In this document: positions 1 through 12,519 of the stretch, one piece after another
Layout: each line of letters begins with the position of its first letter
Numbering within the stretch: the stretch's first letter is position 1
NCBI GenBank assembly: GCA_013265495.1
Contig: MU058781.1
Span: 12,197,009 to 12,261,008 of the forward strand
Length of the DNA stretch: 64,000 bases
Source: Vicugna vicugna
Taxonomy: Eukaryota
Direction of reading: 5' to 3'
Notes under the pieces: model-generated
What the model was told of the DNA's origin: nothing
The model's input: only the letters and a program-made list of their open reading frames with translations
Databases searched by the model: none
Made by a program: the position numbers and the translations under genes

Positions 1-101
1 GTAACACCTGCAAGGTAATGCCTCACAATTAACTGGGAAATAATTATATTGGAAATTAGTGATTCTCTTCAGAGCCATCTTCACTTTCAGAGAAAGAGCT
101 G
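1..101 (+). pseudogene. 3' end of a replication-dependent histone H2B gene (H2BC1/TH2B position), apparently degenerate; gene body lies upstream of the window
   Basis: GTAACACCTGCAAGGTAA resembles the H2B end GTACACCAGCTCCAAGTAA. A histone stem-loop variant GATTCT-CTTC-AGAGCC is at 61-76 and an exact histone downstream element AAAGAGCTG is at 93-101. The H2BC1 assignment rests on recalled synteny only. Confidence 0.6.
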
Positions 102-1164
102 CAGTCAAGTCTCAAAAAAACAAAGAAACAAATCAAAACAAAACAACAGAAAACAGCATTTAAGTAAGTCATTTATATTCAATGGAATATTAATTGTACC
201 TACTTCAAAATGCTAGTATTAATCTATTAGCCTCAGTTTGTGTAAACTGTTATATGAGAAATCATTAATAAATAGGACTTTTTTTGGTGAGCGATAACTG
301 TTTTTCATTTATTTCAGAAACCCATAGCAAACACTTAGTAAAAGAAATGTAATATTCCACTGGAATCAGACTGTGGAAATACTGGGGGAGAATAGGGGGA
401 TTAGAGACCAATGAAGTCAGGAGGAACAAGGACAAATACAGCTTGATGCTAAATCCCAGAAGGGGAAGTAAGCACATTTGATTACTCTCTAAGTGAGTAA
501 ATAAGGAGCCCAGGGGTTAAGTGAGCAATCATGCTCTAATGCAATCTATTGTAAAAAAGTCCAAAAAGTCTTTACTGCTGTGAGTAATACATTATACAAG
601 CATCTAATCTGGAAACAACAGCATTGATAGAATTTAAATGCACAAACTTATATTCAGTGCATAGAGTGAGTTTTCTTTCCTTTTATTTAAACTACAACAC
701 ACATTAAGAAATGTTTTATTATATGAGCAAAATCACATTCAGAAATATACATGCATACCAAGAGCTAAAAAGAAAGTTTTCAGAAATAATATACCATTTT
801 ATGAATTGTATTTTCTTACATGGTACAACTAAACTCATCAGTGTGTTAATCAACCAATATCTGACCATCATATATAAATAACACCCAAATAACATGATCC
901 TGGAAATAAGGGTTAAGCTTGCTGCATCCACTGAAATATAACAATGTTATTATATCCCTGATAGTTTCCCCCTAAAAAAATATGTTAGCAAATCTGGGAT
1001 TCCCTTAATAAACCGTCTCTCACCTTTGTTCCAGGAATTTTTTTAATGGCCTGCCAGAGTTAGTTGTTCCTATTTAATGGACATTTATGGATTATTTAAA
1101 ACTTCTGATTCTCCTTAATCTTAGCCATTCAGGTTCTGCTTGGATTCTAGTTGGTATCTATGTT

Positions 1165-1452
1165 CTTTCTGGGTAATCCAGGATCTCATATTATCTCAAG
1201 GGCCCCAATAGGGCCTAAATCCAATAACAAGTGTCCTTACAAGAGACAGAAGAGATGATACACAGATTCCTGGAAGCCACCACAAACTAGAAGGGAAGCA
1301 TGAGACAAATTCTCTCCAGAGCATCCAGAAACAACTAATTCTGCCAGTACCTGATTTTGGACTTTGCCAGTATTATATGAAAGTAAATTTCTGTTGTTTT
1401 AAACTACCCAGTTGGTGGAAATTAGTTATGATAGTCACAAGAAACTAGCACA
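1165..1452 (+). mobile_element. MLT1-type MaLR LTR fragment
   Basis: Typical MLT1 motifs (CCTAAATCCAATAACAAGTGTCCTT; AAATTTCTGTTGTTTTAA...GAAACTAGCACA end). Confidence 0.7.
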
Positions 1453-1454
1453 GT

Positions 1455-2890
1455 TTAAGAGGATAAAAAGACAAGTTACAGATTCAAAGAAAATAGTTGC
1501 AAAATACATAGTTGATAAAGGGCTAGTATCTAGAATATATAAAGAACTTCCAAAATTCAACAATTAAAAAAATCAGTCTAATTAGAAAATGGATAAAAAC
1601 CATGAAGGGACATTTCACCAAAAAGGATATATCAGATGGCAAATAAGCACATAAAAAGGTGTTCAATATCATATGTCATTAGGGAATTGCAAGTTACAAC
1701 CACAATGAGATACCACTATTATCTCACATCTATTAGAATGACTAAAATACAAAACACTGACAATACCAAATGCTAACCAGGAGATGGAACAACAGGAATT
1801 AATTGCTGTTTATAATATAAAATGTATAGCTACTTTGGAAGACACGGTTTCTTACAACAATAAACACTGGCTATTTAATCTGGTAATCATGCTCCTAGGT
1901 ATTCATCCAAATAAGTTTATATATACATGCACACACATACACAAAATACTTACAGCAGCTTTATTCACAACTGCCAAAAGCTGGAAGCAACCAGGATGTT
2001 GTTCAATAGGTAAATGGATAAACAAACTATGGTACATCCATGCAATGGTGTATTATTCAGTGATAAAAAGAATGAACTATCAAGCCATGAAAAGGCATGG
2101 AGGAACCTTAAATGCATACTGCTAAATGAAAGAAGCCAGTCTGAAAAGACTATCTACTATATGAGTACAACTAATGACACCCTGGAAAAGGTAAAACTAT
2201 AGAGACAATAAAAAGGTCAGTAGTTGCCAGGTTTTGGTGGTGGTAGGGGGTAGGGATGAAAAAGTGGACAACATAGAATTTCTAGGGCAGGGAAATCATT
2301 CTGTATGACACTATAAGCAGATACATGACATTATGCATTTGTCAAAACCCATAGACTGTATAACACAGAGTCAACCATAACATAAACTATAGACTTCAGT
2401 TAATAATATATTAATACTGGTTCATTAATGGTAACAAATGTACCGCATTAATATAAGGGAGAAGAGGTATATGAGAAGCCTTTGTGCTTTCTGTCCAATT
2501 TTTCTGCTTTAAACCTAAAACCGCTTTAAAAAATATTTTAAAAAGCCAATCCCAAAAGATTACCGACTATAATTCAATTTATGTAACAGTCTTAAAATGA
2601 CATAAGAAACAGAGAATATATTAGTGACCTAAGAGTTGAGAAGAGGGTGTGGGTGGCAGAGAAGTGTCTGTGGCTATAAAATGGCAACATGAGGGATCCT
2701 TGTGGTGAAGGAAATATTCTGTATCTTGATTATATCAATGTCAGTATCCTGGTTGTGATACTGTTTCAAGTTTTGCAAGATGTTACCTTTGGGGGAAACT
2801 GAGTAAAAGGTACATAGTATCTCTATTATTTCTTTCAACTGCATGTGAATCTACAATGATCTCAAAATAAAAAAGTTTAATCTAAAAAAT
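1455..2890 (+). mobile_element. Old L1 (L1M-type) ORF2 3' end and 3' UTR fragments
   Basis: ORF 1784-2125 translates to an L1 ORF2 C-terminus (TAALFTTAKSWKQP...WINKLWYIH). L1MC-like 3' UTR motifs follow. Confidence 0.85.
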
Positions 2891-2892
2891 TC

Positions 2893-5380
2893 ATAGGATG
2901 CAGTTAAAGCCATGCTTAGAGAGAAATTCAGCACTAAACGTTTATGTCAGAAAAGATGGAAGTTCCCAAATCATTAATCGAAGCTTCCCTGTTAAGACAT
3001 GGTAAAAGAAGAGCAAAATAAGTTCAATCAAGCAGAAAGGAAGAATAAAAATAAGAGGCAAACTCAGTGAGATGAGAAACAGAAAAACAATAGAAAAGTC
3101 ATTGAAAGAAAAAAGTCTTTTAAAAAGATCAACAATTTAAAAAGTTCTATTGAGAATGAGAGAAGACACAAATAAACAATTTAAGAAATAAAACAGAGGA
3201 TAAAACAGAGCATTAAAATGATAATAAAGGAATACTACAAGCAATACAAACTAGCAGAATTCAACAAAGATAAATCAGAAAAATTGAATAGTCTTACATC
3301 CTTTAAAGAGACTGAAATAGTAACTAAAAATCTTCAGCAAATGAAACCGCCAGATCCAGAAGGTTTCACTGAAGGATCTACCAAATGTTTAAAGAAGAAA
3401 TAACACTGATTTTATGCAATCTCTTCCAGAAAATAAAAGATTCCCAACTCACTTTATAAGTCTAAAATTACTCTAATACTAATCAGACAAAACAATACAA
3501 ATAGATCGGTATTCCTTATGAGCATAGATAGAATATTAGCAAATCAAGTCCAGCAATGTATAAAGATCAAGCAATGCAAGACTGGTTCAATATACAAAAC
3601 CAACCAATGTAACTCACCATATTAACAGTAGAAAGAAGAAAAACAACATGATCATATCAGTGAATGCAGAAAAAGCATTTGACAAAATTCACCATCCTTT
3701 CCTGATTAAAAACTTTCAAAAGGAATAGAAGAGAACTTTCTGAATCTAATAAAGGACATCTACAAATATCCTGCAGGGAACATCGTATCAATGATGAGAG
3801 ACTCAATTCTTCCCTGTAAGATCAGGAACAAGGCAAAAATACTCATTTTCACCGTTAAATGCCACTTCATATTGAAGTCCTTCATTGTACAATCAGGCAA
3901 GAAAAAAATTAAAAGCATAAGGATGTGAAAGCAGGAAATGAAACTTCTGTTGAAAGATGACATGATGGAAGGGTGCAGAAAATCACAAGGAATCTACCAA
4001 TAAAACCAAACCAACCCCCTTCCAAAAAAAAAACCCCTCAATTTCCTAAAACTAATAACTGCCAGGTAAAGGAACTAGACTAAAATAATTTTGAAAAATA
4101 AAAATAAAATGGGAGGAATCACTCTCCCCAATTTCAAGATTTATTATATATTACAATAATCAGTATTGTATAGTAATAGGAAAGGGATAAATAAATGCAT
4201 CAATGGACCAGAATAGAGAACCCACAAATAATCCTACACAAATATGGCCAACTGGTTTTTAACAATGATGAAGAAGAAATATAATGAAAGAACAGTTTTT
4301 TTTCCCCAACAAATCTTGCTGGAGCAATAGGCAAAAATATAAACCTCCACCACAGCCTAACACCTTAAAAAAAAATAACTCAAAATGGATGGTAGATTTA
4401 AATGTAAAATTTAAAACCATGAAAAAAAGAAGTCTTTGGGATCTAGAGTTAGGCAAAAACTTCTTAGGCATGAAATCAAATGATCCAGAAAAGACTAACA
4501 CTGGTAAATCTCATCAAAAGTAAAAACTTTTGTTCTGTAAAAGCTCCTGTGAAGAGGATAAAAAGAAACACTACAGACATAAAGAAAATTCATGCAAACC
4601 ATATATATATATATGACAAAAGGCTTATCTTTGAAGAGACTTTTAAGCTCAATAGTTAAAAAAAAAACAAACAAAAAAACAACTAACCAAACCAAAAAAC
4701 CATCCCACATGGGCAAAAATCACAGACATTTTGCCCAAGAGGACATACAGATGGCAAATAAGCACATGAAAAGATATGTAACATTAATAACTGTTACAGA
4801 AATACAAATTATGTCTCTGATGAAATATTAATTTATACCTATTAAGCAAATAAAATTTAAAAAATAGTGACAAAGGTAAAATGCTGGCATGAATGTGGAG
4901 AAACTCCTGTCCACATTCTCATCTCTCATACACTGCTGGTGAGAAAATAAAATGGTACAATCACTTTGGAAAATATTTTGGTAGTTTCTTAAAAAACTAA
5001 ACATATGCTTACCATGTGTCCAGTACTCCCACTACTGAGCATTCATTCCAGAGAAATGAAAACTTACATTTACACAAAAATCTGTGTGTGAATGTTCCTA
5101 TCAGGGTTTTGTTTATTTGTTTTTATTTTGTTTTCTTTGTAATGGTCAAAGCTCAGAAAAAACTAAGATGTCCTTTAATAGGTGGATGTTAAACATGCTG
5201 TTGTTTACCCATATCATGGAATATTATTCAACAATAAAAAGGGACAAGCTATAGATACATGCAACAACTTGGATGGATCCCTGGGGAATTATGCTAAAAA
5301 TGAAGATAAAGCCAATCTCAAAAGGTTACATACTGTGTGATTTCACTTATACAATATCCCCAAGTAACAAAATTATAGCT
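2893..5380 (+). mobile_element. Degraded L1 ORF2 with internal deletions
   Basis: L1 ORF2 motifs (KPPDPEGFT; GCAGAAAAAGCATTTGACAAAATTC; CAGATGGCAAATAAGCACATGAAAAG) interrupted by many stops and frameshifts. Confidence 0.85.
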
Positions 5381-5433
5381 TATGAATTAGTACTCACTTT
5401 CAGCTGGTGTCCTTGACAGTCAGTAGACAGGAA

Positions 5434-5745
5434 ACATTCCTTTGATGAAAGAACTTCAAGCGGCTCTAAATAAAGCCTTTGGCTTTTAGTGAAAAACCCT
5501 AGAGCCTTACAGTCTCCTGGGCAGCACTAGAGGCACCGAATTATGCAACTTCGGGTGTTCCCCAGGAGAATTGACCCCACTGTCACAGCTGGGCTTTGTA
5601 GCAAACTTGCTTTTGGATCAAGCAAATAAAACTCCTGTTGTAATGTTAACATTTGTGGTCTTCACATTTCTCACCGCCTTTCCGAGAAGCTCACAAACCC
5701 CCCCCCTTAGAGAACCAATCACTGCAACACAACTCCCGCTCCAGT
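5434..5745 (-). pseudogene. Histone H2B pseudogene relic (H2BC2P position)
   Basis: The minus strand carries GGAAAGGCGGTGA (KKAVT-like), CGGTGCCTCTAGTGCTGCCCAGGAGACTG (AVRLLLPGEL-like), the stem-loop CCAAA-GGCTTT-ATTT-AGAGCC (5462-5477) and an HDE-like AAAGGAATGT (5434-5443). There is no intact ORF. Confidence 0.7.
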
Positions 5746-5783
5746 AAACGCTAACGATTTACGCCGACGTGGTGGGAAGGATT

Positions 5784-5965
5784 TATTTATAGGCCGCATA
5801 TTCAAATAAGGTTTTGAAACAAACAAATCTGATTGGACGAATGATTATAGTATAATATATGTAGAAGTAGGACTGCCAGTTCGACTCTGGTTGGATAGAT
5901 GCCTACCTGACATCAGCCAATCAGAACACTAACCACACTCTATCCCCTAGTCAAGTAGATAAAAC
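5784..5965. promoter_or_regulatory. Bidirectional H2B/H2A histone promoter relic
   Basis: Minus strand CCTTATTTGAAT...CTATAAATA is the H2B octamer (one mismatch, 5800-5807) plus TATA (5784-5792). Also CCAAT on minus (5832-5836), CRE-like TGACATCA (5908-5915) and CCAAT on plus (5917-5921). Confidence 0.75.
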
Positions 5966-6034
5966 AGTCTGCGGATACTTCCATCAGCTGTGCCTTAAGT
6001 ACTGTTATTTGTCTGATTTCTGTGTTTTTGAAAG

Positions 6035-6360
6035 TGGGTAGCAGGTAGGCAAGGCTCATGGCAGAGGTCTATCGTGTCTCCTCCTCCATGGTTGGTAAGA
6101 AGCAGGTCTGCTGGGAATGATGGTTGATTTGAGGACTGGCAAACTACGTGGCAGCTACAAGTCTCACATCATCCCGCCTGACTGCACAAGTATCACCCAG
6201 GACGGGCGTTCAGCCCATTAGCCGAGAAAATCAGCGGCCACTACAACAGAGACAAGTGCAAGGAACATCTCCAGTTAGCAAATCCCAGCAAATAATACGC
6301 ACTTCCAGGCAAAGGGAACAAACACCAAAGGCCGCGCACAGTTTCTGAGAAAGAGCCGTG
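6035..6360 (+). pseudogene. Histone H2A pseudogene relic (H2AC2P position)
   Basis: Collinear H2A-like blocks: GCAGGTAGGCAAGGCTC (KQGGKAR), GGCAAACTACGTGG (GNYAE), CACATCATCCCGC (RIIPR), ATCACCCAGGACGGGCGTTCAGCCCA (IAQGGVLP). Collapsed stem-loop at about 6325-6340 and HDE AAAGAGCCGT at 6350-6359. Frame disrupted. Confidence 0.72.
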
Positions 6361-7424
6361 ACCAGATTCCAAAGAACAATGTACAATATTTCCAAAAAAT
6401 CAGTCCATTTAGAAGTGTTATCTTGACATCCTTCCTGTAAGTTGTTTGTAACTACTCTGTGAAAACTGGTTTTCCTTGAAACTTAGATTGTCAGTTTTTA
6501 ATCCTGTTAGGGTGCCCACTAAATTGATTTCAAGGCAGGATAGAATACTGCAGTTTGAAAAATGCTGGAATAATTATAGAGTTACAGCCAACAGAACTGC
6601 TCTCCAGGGCCAGTGATTGAACCCAAAGTTGGGGAAGCGGTCTGAGCTGAGCAGGTGAAAGGACTTCCCGAAATTTTCAGCTCTGCAGCTTGAACACACT
6701 TTTTCTTTCTTTTATTGAGGGTGTAAATTAGACTGGATTGGCTAAAGGAGTATTCCCTGTCTCTTGGGAAAGATTGAGAAGAAAGGTGAAGTAAGGGGGA
6801 ACAACAATAACAAAGAGTTTGGAAGTTTGAGGTGGGGAGATACTTAGCAACTGTGCTTGTTCCAAAGGCTCTTACCATTTCAGGTGTCCCAGTCTACTTA
6901 ACACTATCACCTTCCACTTTTGTCTCTCTCTTTTAAAACGCTGTTTCAGTTTGACTTCTGTCACTTGCAAGAGGCTGTGTTTGACAAATCCAAGCCAAAA
7001 CTAACTCAGCACAATGAAAATTCCACATCTATTAGCATACTTAATAAATATATTCTGCCCTAATTCTGCCCTTCCTTTTTTTTGTATTAACAACACTGGT
7101 GTCTTTGCTCTTAATCATTATCTTTTATTGAAAGAGAAGTGAAAATCAGAGTGGGAAAGAAAGGAACCTAATGGCACTGAACCCACTCAAAAGCTTTTAA
7201 AGTAAATGGTGGAAGTGGATAGTCAAGTAGAGTCTGAAGTGATGCCTGACATTTTCAGAGAGATCTGTGGATATTAAAAAAAAAAAAAGAAGGAAAGAAA
7301 GAAAAGGAATTCCTCTTGCTTTTGTCTCCAAGCTAAGGTTAGAATTCTGAGGCTGTTGAACTAAGAGAAGGAAAGTTTAAGGGAAACAATTTTATTTTCT
7401 AATAGGCGGAGGCTCAGAGGACAG

Positions 7425-7960
7425 ACCTTATAGTTAGGGTCAAGGGCTGGAGTCCTGACTCTACCCTGTACAAGCAAGTTACTCAGCCTCTCTGTGAAAT
7501 AAGGATAGTGACAGTACTTCTGTTGTAGAAATCTGAATCCTGTCGAGAGACCACGCAACACTCAGGGGGTCGGAAAACTCAGGTTTATCATGCCGGCAGG
7601 CCCAGAGGAGTTAACACTCCAAGCTCTGAACCCTGACTGCAGCTTTACACAGGCTTTTATGGGGTTTTAGGTTTCAATTAAGTTTGTGCCATATGCAAAT
7701 GAGCTATTAGAAATGGGCCAATCAGGAGTGAGCTTTTGGGAACCAATGGAATTTTAGGGGTAAGTTTTGTTTTCCTAGAAGCAAGCCCTTTTACAGAAGT
7801 GCAAAAGAAGGAAGGCAATGGCCCTGCCTGGGAGGTCTTGCTGGTCCCTTTGTGGGTTTTGCCTCTTCACTTCATAGATTTGGTGTGAGTATTAAAAGTA
7901 TAACTGTATGTAAAGTGCTTCTGAACATTGACTGACTCATAGCAAGTGCTGTATAAGTGC
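7425..7960 (+). mobile_element. MIR SINE split by an LTR insertion
   Basis: MIR core (CAAGTTACTCAGCCTCTCTGTG...AAGGATAGTGACAGTACTTC | ATAG...GTATGTAAAGTGCTT) lies on both sides of 7521-7869. Confidence 0.65.
7521..7869 (-). mobile_element. Solo ERV1-class LTR
   Basis: TG...CA termini and a 4-bp TSD CTTC (7517-7520 / 7870-7873). It interrupts a MIR and contains octamer ATGCAAAT (7693-7700) and CCAAT boxes. Confidence 0.75.
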
Positions 7961-8049
7961 TCTCTAAAGGAGCATCAGAAAGGAAGAAAATGGAAGCCCA
8001 GGAACCAGAGAGTGAAGGGCACACTCTATCTGTAGGCAACAGGATAATA

Positions 8050-9000
8050 GGATTCTCTTAAAGAAAACCCAAGAGAATCAGTGAAAAGCAAAGGAATTCA
8101 GTAGTCAGGATATAAAACTAAGACAAAAATCAATAGCACTAATTATAAACTATAATCATTTAGAAGATGTATAAGAAGGAAAAGATCAAATTTTCAAACG
8201 AAACAAAATATGTGAAATGTCTCGGAGTAAACTTAATAAGAAATCTGCCTACATGAGAAAAACTTTAAATATTCCTAAAGGAATCAAAAGTAGATTTAAA
8301 TAAACAAGGACGCATCCTACATTTGTGGACAGAAATGACATAACATCCTAAAGATATCAAATCCAGTGTAATCCTATTTATTTAACAAGATGAAAAGAAG
8401 GTTCACAGGGGAGAAAAAGGCAAATACTCATTTGTAATCAAAATAAAGGGCAAATTAAAACTACACAGGGTATCAATTCTTGCCTATAAGATGGTCAAAA
8501 ATTCTACAACCCACCCAGTTGACAATACTAAGGAGAAATGGGCACACATAGACATTGCTGGTGGGAGTGTAAAATGATGTATTACATATTGTGAGAAAAT
8601 TTAGTAATATCTAACAAAGCAACATGTCTTAACTGTGGATCCAGGAATTCCATTTCTAAGAATCTACCCTGAAAATGGGATTCTACATATATGAATTATC
8701 AAAAACGTACCAGGTTGCTCAGGCGGCATTATTTGTAATATTTTACAAAGACGAAGTAATGTTAATGTTCATCCATAGGGGAAAGGTTGAATAATCTCCA
8801 GGACAGACTCATATGAGAGTACCTGGGGAGCCACAAAAATGAATGAGAATCATTCATCTTCATGTGCTGGTAGAGAAAGAATTCTGTGATATACTGTGAA
8901 ATGAAGAAAGCAAGTTAGAAAAATTGCATATTGAGTGCAAATTTTAGGTAAAAGGAGGGAAATTTTGAACAATGTTCATGTTTCACAGATTCAAGAAATA
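8050..9000 (+). mobile_element. Ancient L1ME-type ORF2/3' fragments
   Basis: Degenerate L1 motifs (AGGATATAAAAC...AAAATCAATAGCA; CATTGCTGGTGGGAGTGTAAAATG; CCAGGAATTCCATTTCTAAG). Confidence 0.6.
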
Positions 9001-10204
9001 AAATTAAATCAAAGGGAAAATAAGCAAATTCTGAAAATGAAAACAAACTGACATGAAAGAAGCTAATTGTGTATCATATTGGTAACATGAACGCACAAAG
9101 AATGGATTATTTTCAGTGACTTTTGAACACAGTTCTCTGATGATACATTCTTAATGAGATGCCTTCTGTTTCCATCAGAATTAAAAAAAAAAAGAACAAA
9201 CTCAACAAGTTAGGAAAATTTTAATCTCAGGTTTTGTAAACTAATCCCAGGTTTTGTAAATTAATAGAAAAATGAAGCAGCTTCTATGGGGTTTAATGAG
9301 CTAGAATTACTCTGAAATCAAAACCGCAGGAAGACTTGAAGCTAATCTCAATATTTTATATATAAAATCCAAGCAAGTAACTTATTAAGGATAAAATACA
9401 TTGTGAGACTATATGGTTGAACCTTGGAATGCCAATATACTTAAGGACTTAAAATATCTTTCATCCACTCATTAAACGAGGGCCACTGAACATGCAGATG
9501 TGACAGATACTGCTCTTGACCCTGGGGGTAAACCAGACAATATTTCAAGGAGTTTATTGATATGGAAGTGAACAAATAAATGAACCAGATAATTTCAGAA
9601 AATCACAAGTGCTCTAAATAAAACTGTTGCTATAGCAGATAATATATACAAAAGTTATGAGAACTACTGGGTTGAGAGTCTTGTTCAACAGAGAAAGGAA
9701 GATGAGACGTTTTCCAAGGAGAAGGCTGTTTGAGACAGGCCTAGATGAGAGTCACTAAATGCCATGCAGAGGAAAGGGCAAGACCCACTGAGGGAGATAG
9801 AAAAGCATCATCAAATGCTATAAATCATCAAAGGCACTGAGGTGTGGCCAGAATGGCTTCTCTGAGTAATGAAGAGTCTAAGATAACTAGACATCATAGG
9901 CACACAGTGGGAAGATATGTTTGGATGGCAGCTTGGGGACAATGGACACAAACCTTTGTGTGGGATGCTAAAGCGATTGGAACCACTAATCAAAAGAGTA
10001 GATGTTCAAAGCTTCTGTGTATGAGAGTGAAGTGGTCAGATGCGTGTTACTGAGAGACTGTTGGCACCAATGGGGATGAACTGCAGTGGGGGGATAGTGA
10101 AGTTTGAGGAAACACACCTATGCAGTTTGCTTGAGCCAGATACTTGGGATTCTCTTAAGAACTGAGTTCTGTCCCTAATCCTTACAAGTCATCATCCACA
10201 GAGC

Positions 10205-11387
10205 CAGTGTTGTGATGGAGCAGGCTCCAGGGAGAACAAACCGACTTGCAAGGGTCACCAATTAAATTTGGGGGAATTTTGCAAGCTGGTTGTTAAACAC
10301 CACCATTATTAAAAATTAAGTTATATGACATTACATTTGAATAAATTTAGAACAGGTGAAAATACACAGCACTTCCAAATTATTTGCCATTTACTATTAT
10401 CTATGCCCTTGAGGTTATTTTCATCAATTCTATCTGAGTGATAGAAATGCCATTTAATGGCATTCTATTGTGCTTCTTTTTCCAACTCTGATTCAGAGAT
10501 GTGCTAGTAGCTGGAAGTCAGCCTGGTGGTGTTTTTTACATCATGGAAACCAGCAAATGCTATAAATCAGGACTTTACTCATTATTTTGTTGATAAGATT
10601 TATGATTTATTGATTATCTAGGTTTAAGAACATCTTGGAGAAAATGTGGATTAAACTTAAAAGTGTGATGTATCTGTAGCTTTTACACTGTGAATAGCCC
10701 CAAATATTAAGGAAACTTTTTTTCAGTATTCAAAAACTGTTATCTAAATTAAAAAAAAAAAACCCTAATTAGGGGGAAGGAGATAGCTCAGTGGTAGAGT
10801 GCATGCTTAGCATACACAAGGGTTCAATCCCCAGTACCTGCTCTAAAAATAAACAACTAAACCTAATTACTTCCCCTCCAAAACTAAACAAAAATTAAAA
10901 AAAAACAGCTATTATCTGATTCAGCAAAGTAGTCACTCATGTCATTGACATCTGAGCAATGTTCTGACATACTTTTTTCTTACTTGGGGAAAGTAAAAAA
11001 AAAAGAATCAAAATTATGTCAGGACTATATTCATTGATCAGTGGTGTGAGTGACTTCTGTGATGAAATGGATAGTAATCAAAGAGTTATTTGCTGTCTAA
11101 TTTTATGACACTATTGTTGGCAGTAAATTTATAAAGGTGGATAGTATATTTTGCAAGAAATAGCAATTCCTTTGAAATTGTAGGTATAATCTGAAAATCA
11201 AGGAAGCAATTTGGCTTAAAATTTATTTCTAAAACTATGTAAAACATTTAACAGAATTTGTTACACTAACCCTTGAGTGATAATCATGAGTTTTATTAAC
11301 ATATGTATGCATATATATATGTATGTTCTGTTGTCTATTTGTTTTTCTCTCATAGCCAGTTTTTCAACATTTACCAGCACATCACTG
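10205..11387. mobile_element. Arthur1/MER69-type hAT-Tip100 DNA transposon (non-autonomous), interrupted by a SINE
   Basis: Terminal inverted repeats CAGTGTTGTGATGG / CCAGCACATCACTG. The internal GCTGGTTGTTAAACAC...CCATTATTAAAAATTAA matches my recollection of Arthur1. Confidence 0.75.
10771..10905 (+). mobile_element. vic-1-type camelid tRNA-derived SINE
   Basis: Box A TAGCTCAGTGGTAGAG, box B GGTTCAATCCC, tail AAACCTAATTACTTCCCC and an A-rich end. Inserted in Arthur1 with a duplicated CT(G/A)TTATCT flank. Confidence 0.85.
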
Positions 11388-11486
11388 TCTATAACTCTCA
11401 CTTCATACATTTAAGAGTGGCCCCTAAATGAAAAAGGTACAGAGGACAATGAGAGGCAAAGGAATTCTTTCAACATTCACTTGTTC

Positions 11487-11622
11487 TTTTTTTTTTTTTT
11501 TCCTTTGTAGGGGGAGGTAATTAGGTTTACTTACTTAATTTTTAGAGAAAGTACTGGGGATTGAACTGAGGACCTCATGAATGTTAAGCATCCACTCTAC
11601 CACTTAAGCTATACCCTCTTCC
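11487..11622 (-). mobile_element. vic-1-type SINE
   Basis: Reverse-complement copy with a poly-T tail. TSD CAACATTCACTTGTTC (11471-11486) / CAACATCAACTTGTTC (11623-11638). Confidence 0.88.
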
Positions 11623-12519
11623 CAACATCAACTTGTTCTTTGGCCTCAAATCTTGGTATGTGTCCTGAGGGGATGGGGGCCAGATTATGGGGAAAACTCC
11701 TTTTCCTCGCACTATAGAAAACAGAGAAGAAGGAAAACTTGCTCGTTATTCCCATTCTAAATCTAGAGGCTTTTTATGAGGCTCCTGATTTTTTCTATCT
11801 CAGACTTATAGAATAACAATCATCAAAATAACAAAAACAGATAATCTGGCCTCTTTCCAGAAAGGCTGGAAAAACACTAGAGACCAAAACACATGGGCAC
11901 CATGAAGGCACTTTTTAGTTTGTCTCTCTAGAGCTACTCCTTTATTGAAAAATTGCGTCTCCCATACTCCCTCCAGTTAACACAAACTCAGAGGCTTTCT
12001 AGAAGCAATGCCATTGCACAAGACTGCTTCAGATGTATTAAAAAATATGCCTGGAAATAAATTCACATGTTTGACTTAAAGACAGAGGATTGCTCATGAG
12101 AAGATTTTGCAACCTTAATAAAAAGTAGAATTAATTGTAGTCTACCTGGTGAACTTAAATGTTTACCACATCTGCAAATAATAAATTCAACAAAAATGTC
12201 TTACCAAGTGAACTGTGTGATTCAGAGCCACTAGCATATCAACATAGTTAATTACAGCTATTATTTTGGAAACTTAGTTGTTCTGAAAATACTTTGGTTT
12301 CTGATGATCTTTAATTAGTTTATCTGCAGCTGGAGTCCTTGATGACTGCCTCATAAAGTTCCTCCCCAGAATCCAAAGATGATTCAATCCTGGGACATCC
12401 ATAAAGGTGACTCACCAAGTTAGTAAGTCAATACTGATAAAGCATTATATTCATAACAACAGTTCCTAAAAATGCATTTGAAAATATTCTCTATAGGTAC
12501 TTTAAATAATAAAAATTTT

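Noticed and set aside
6148..6348. 66-aa S/Q/R-rich ORF
   Set aside because: GTG start and an off-frame reading of the H2A pseudogene; no coding evidence.
9221..9260. 2 x 20-bp direct repeat TAATC(T/C)CAGGTTTTGTAAA
   Set aside because: Simple slippage duplication with no spacers; not CRISPR-like.
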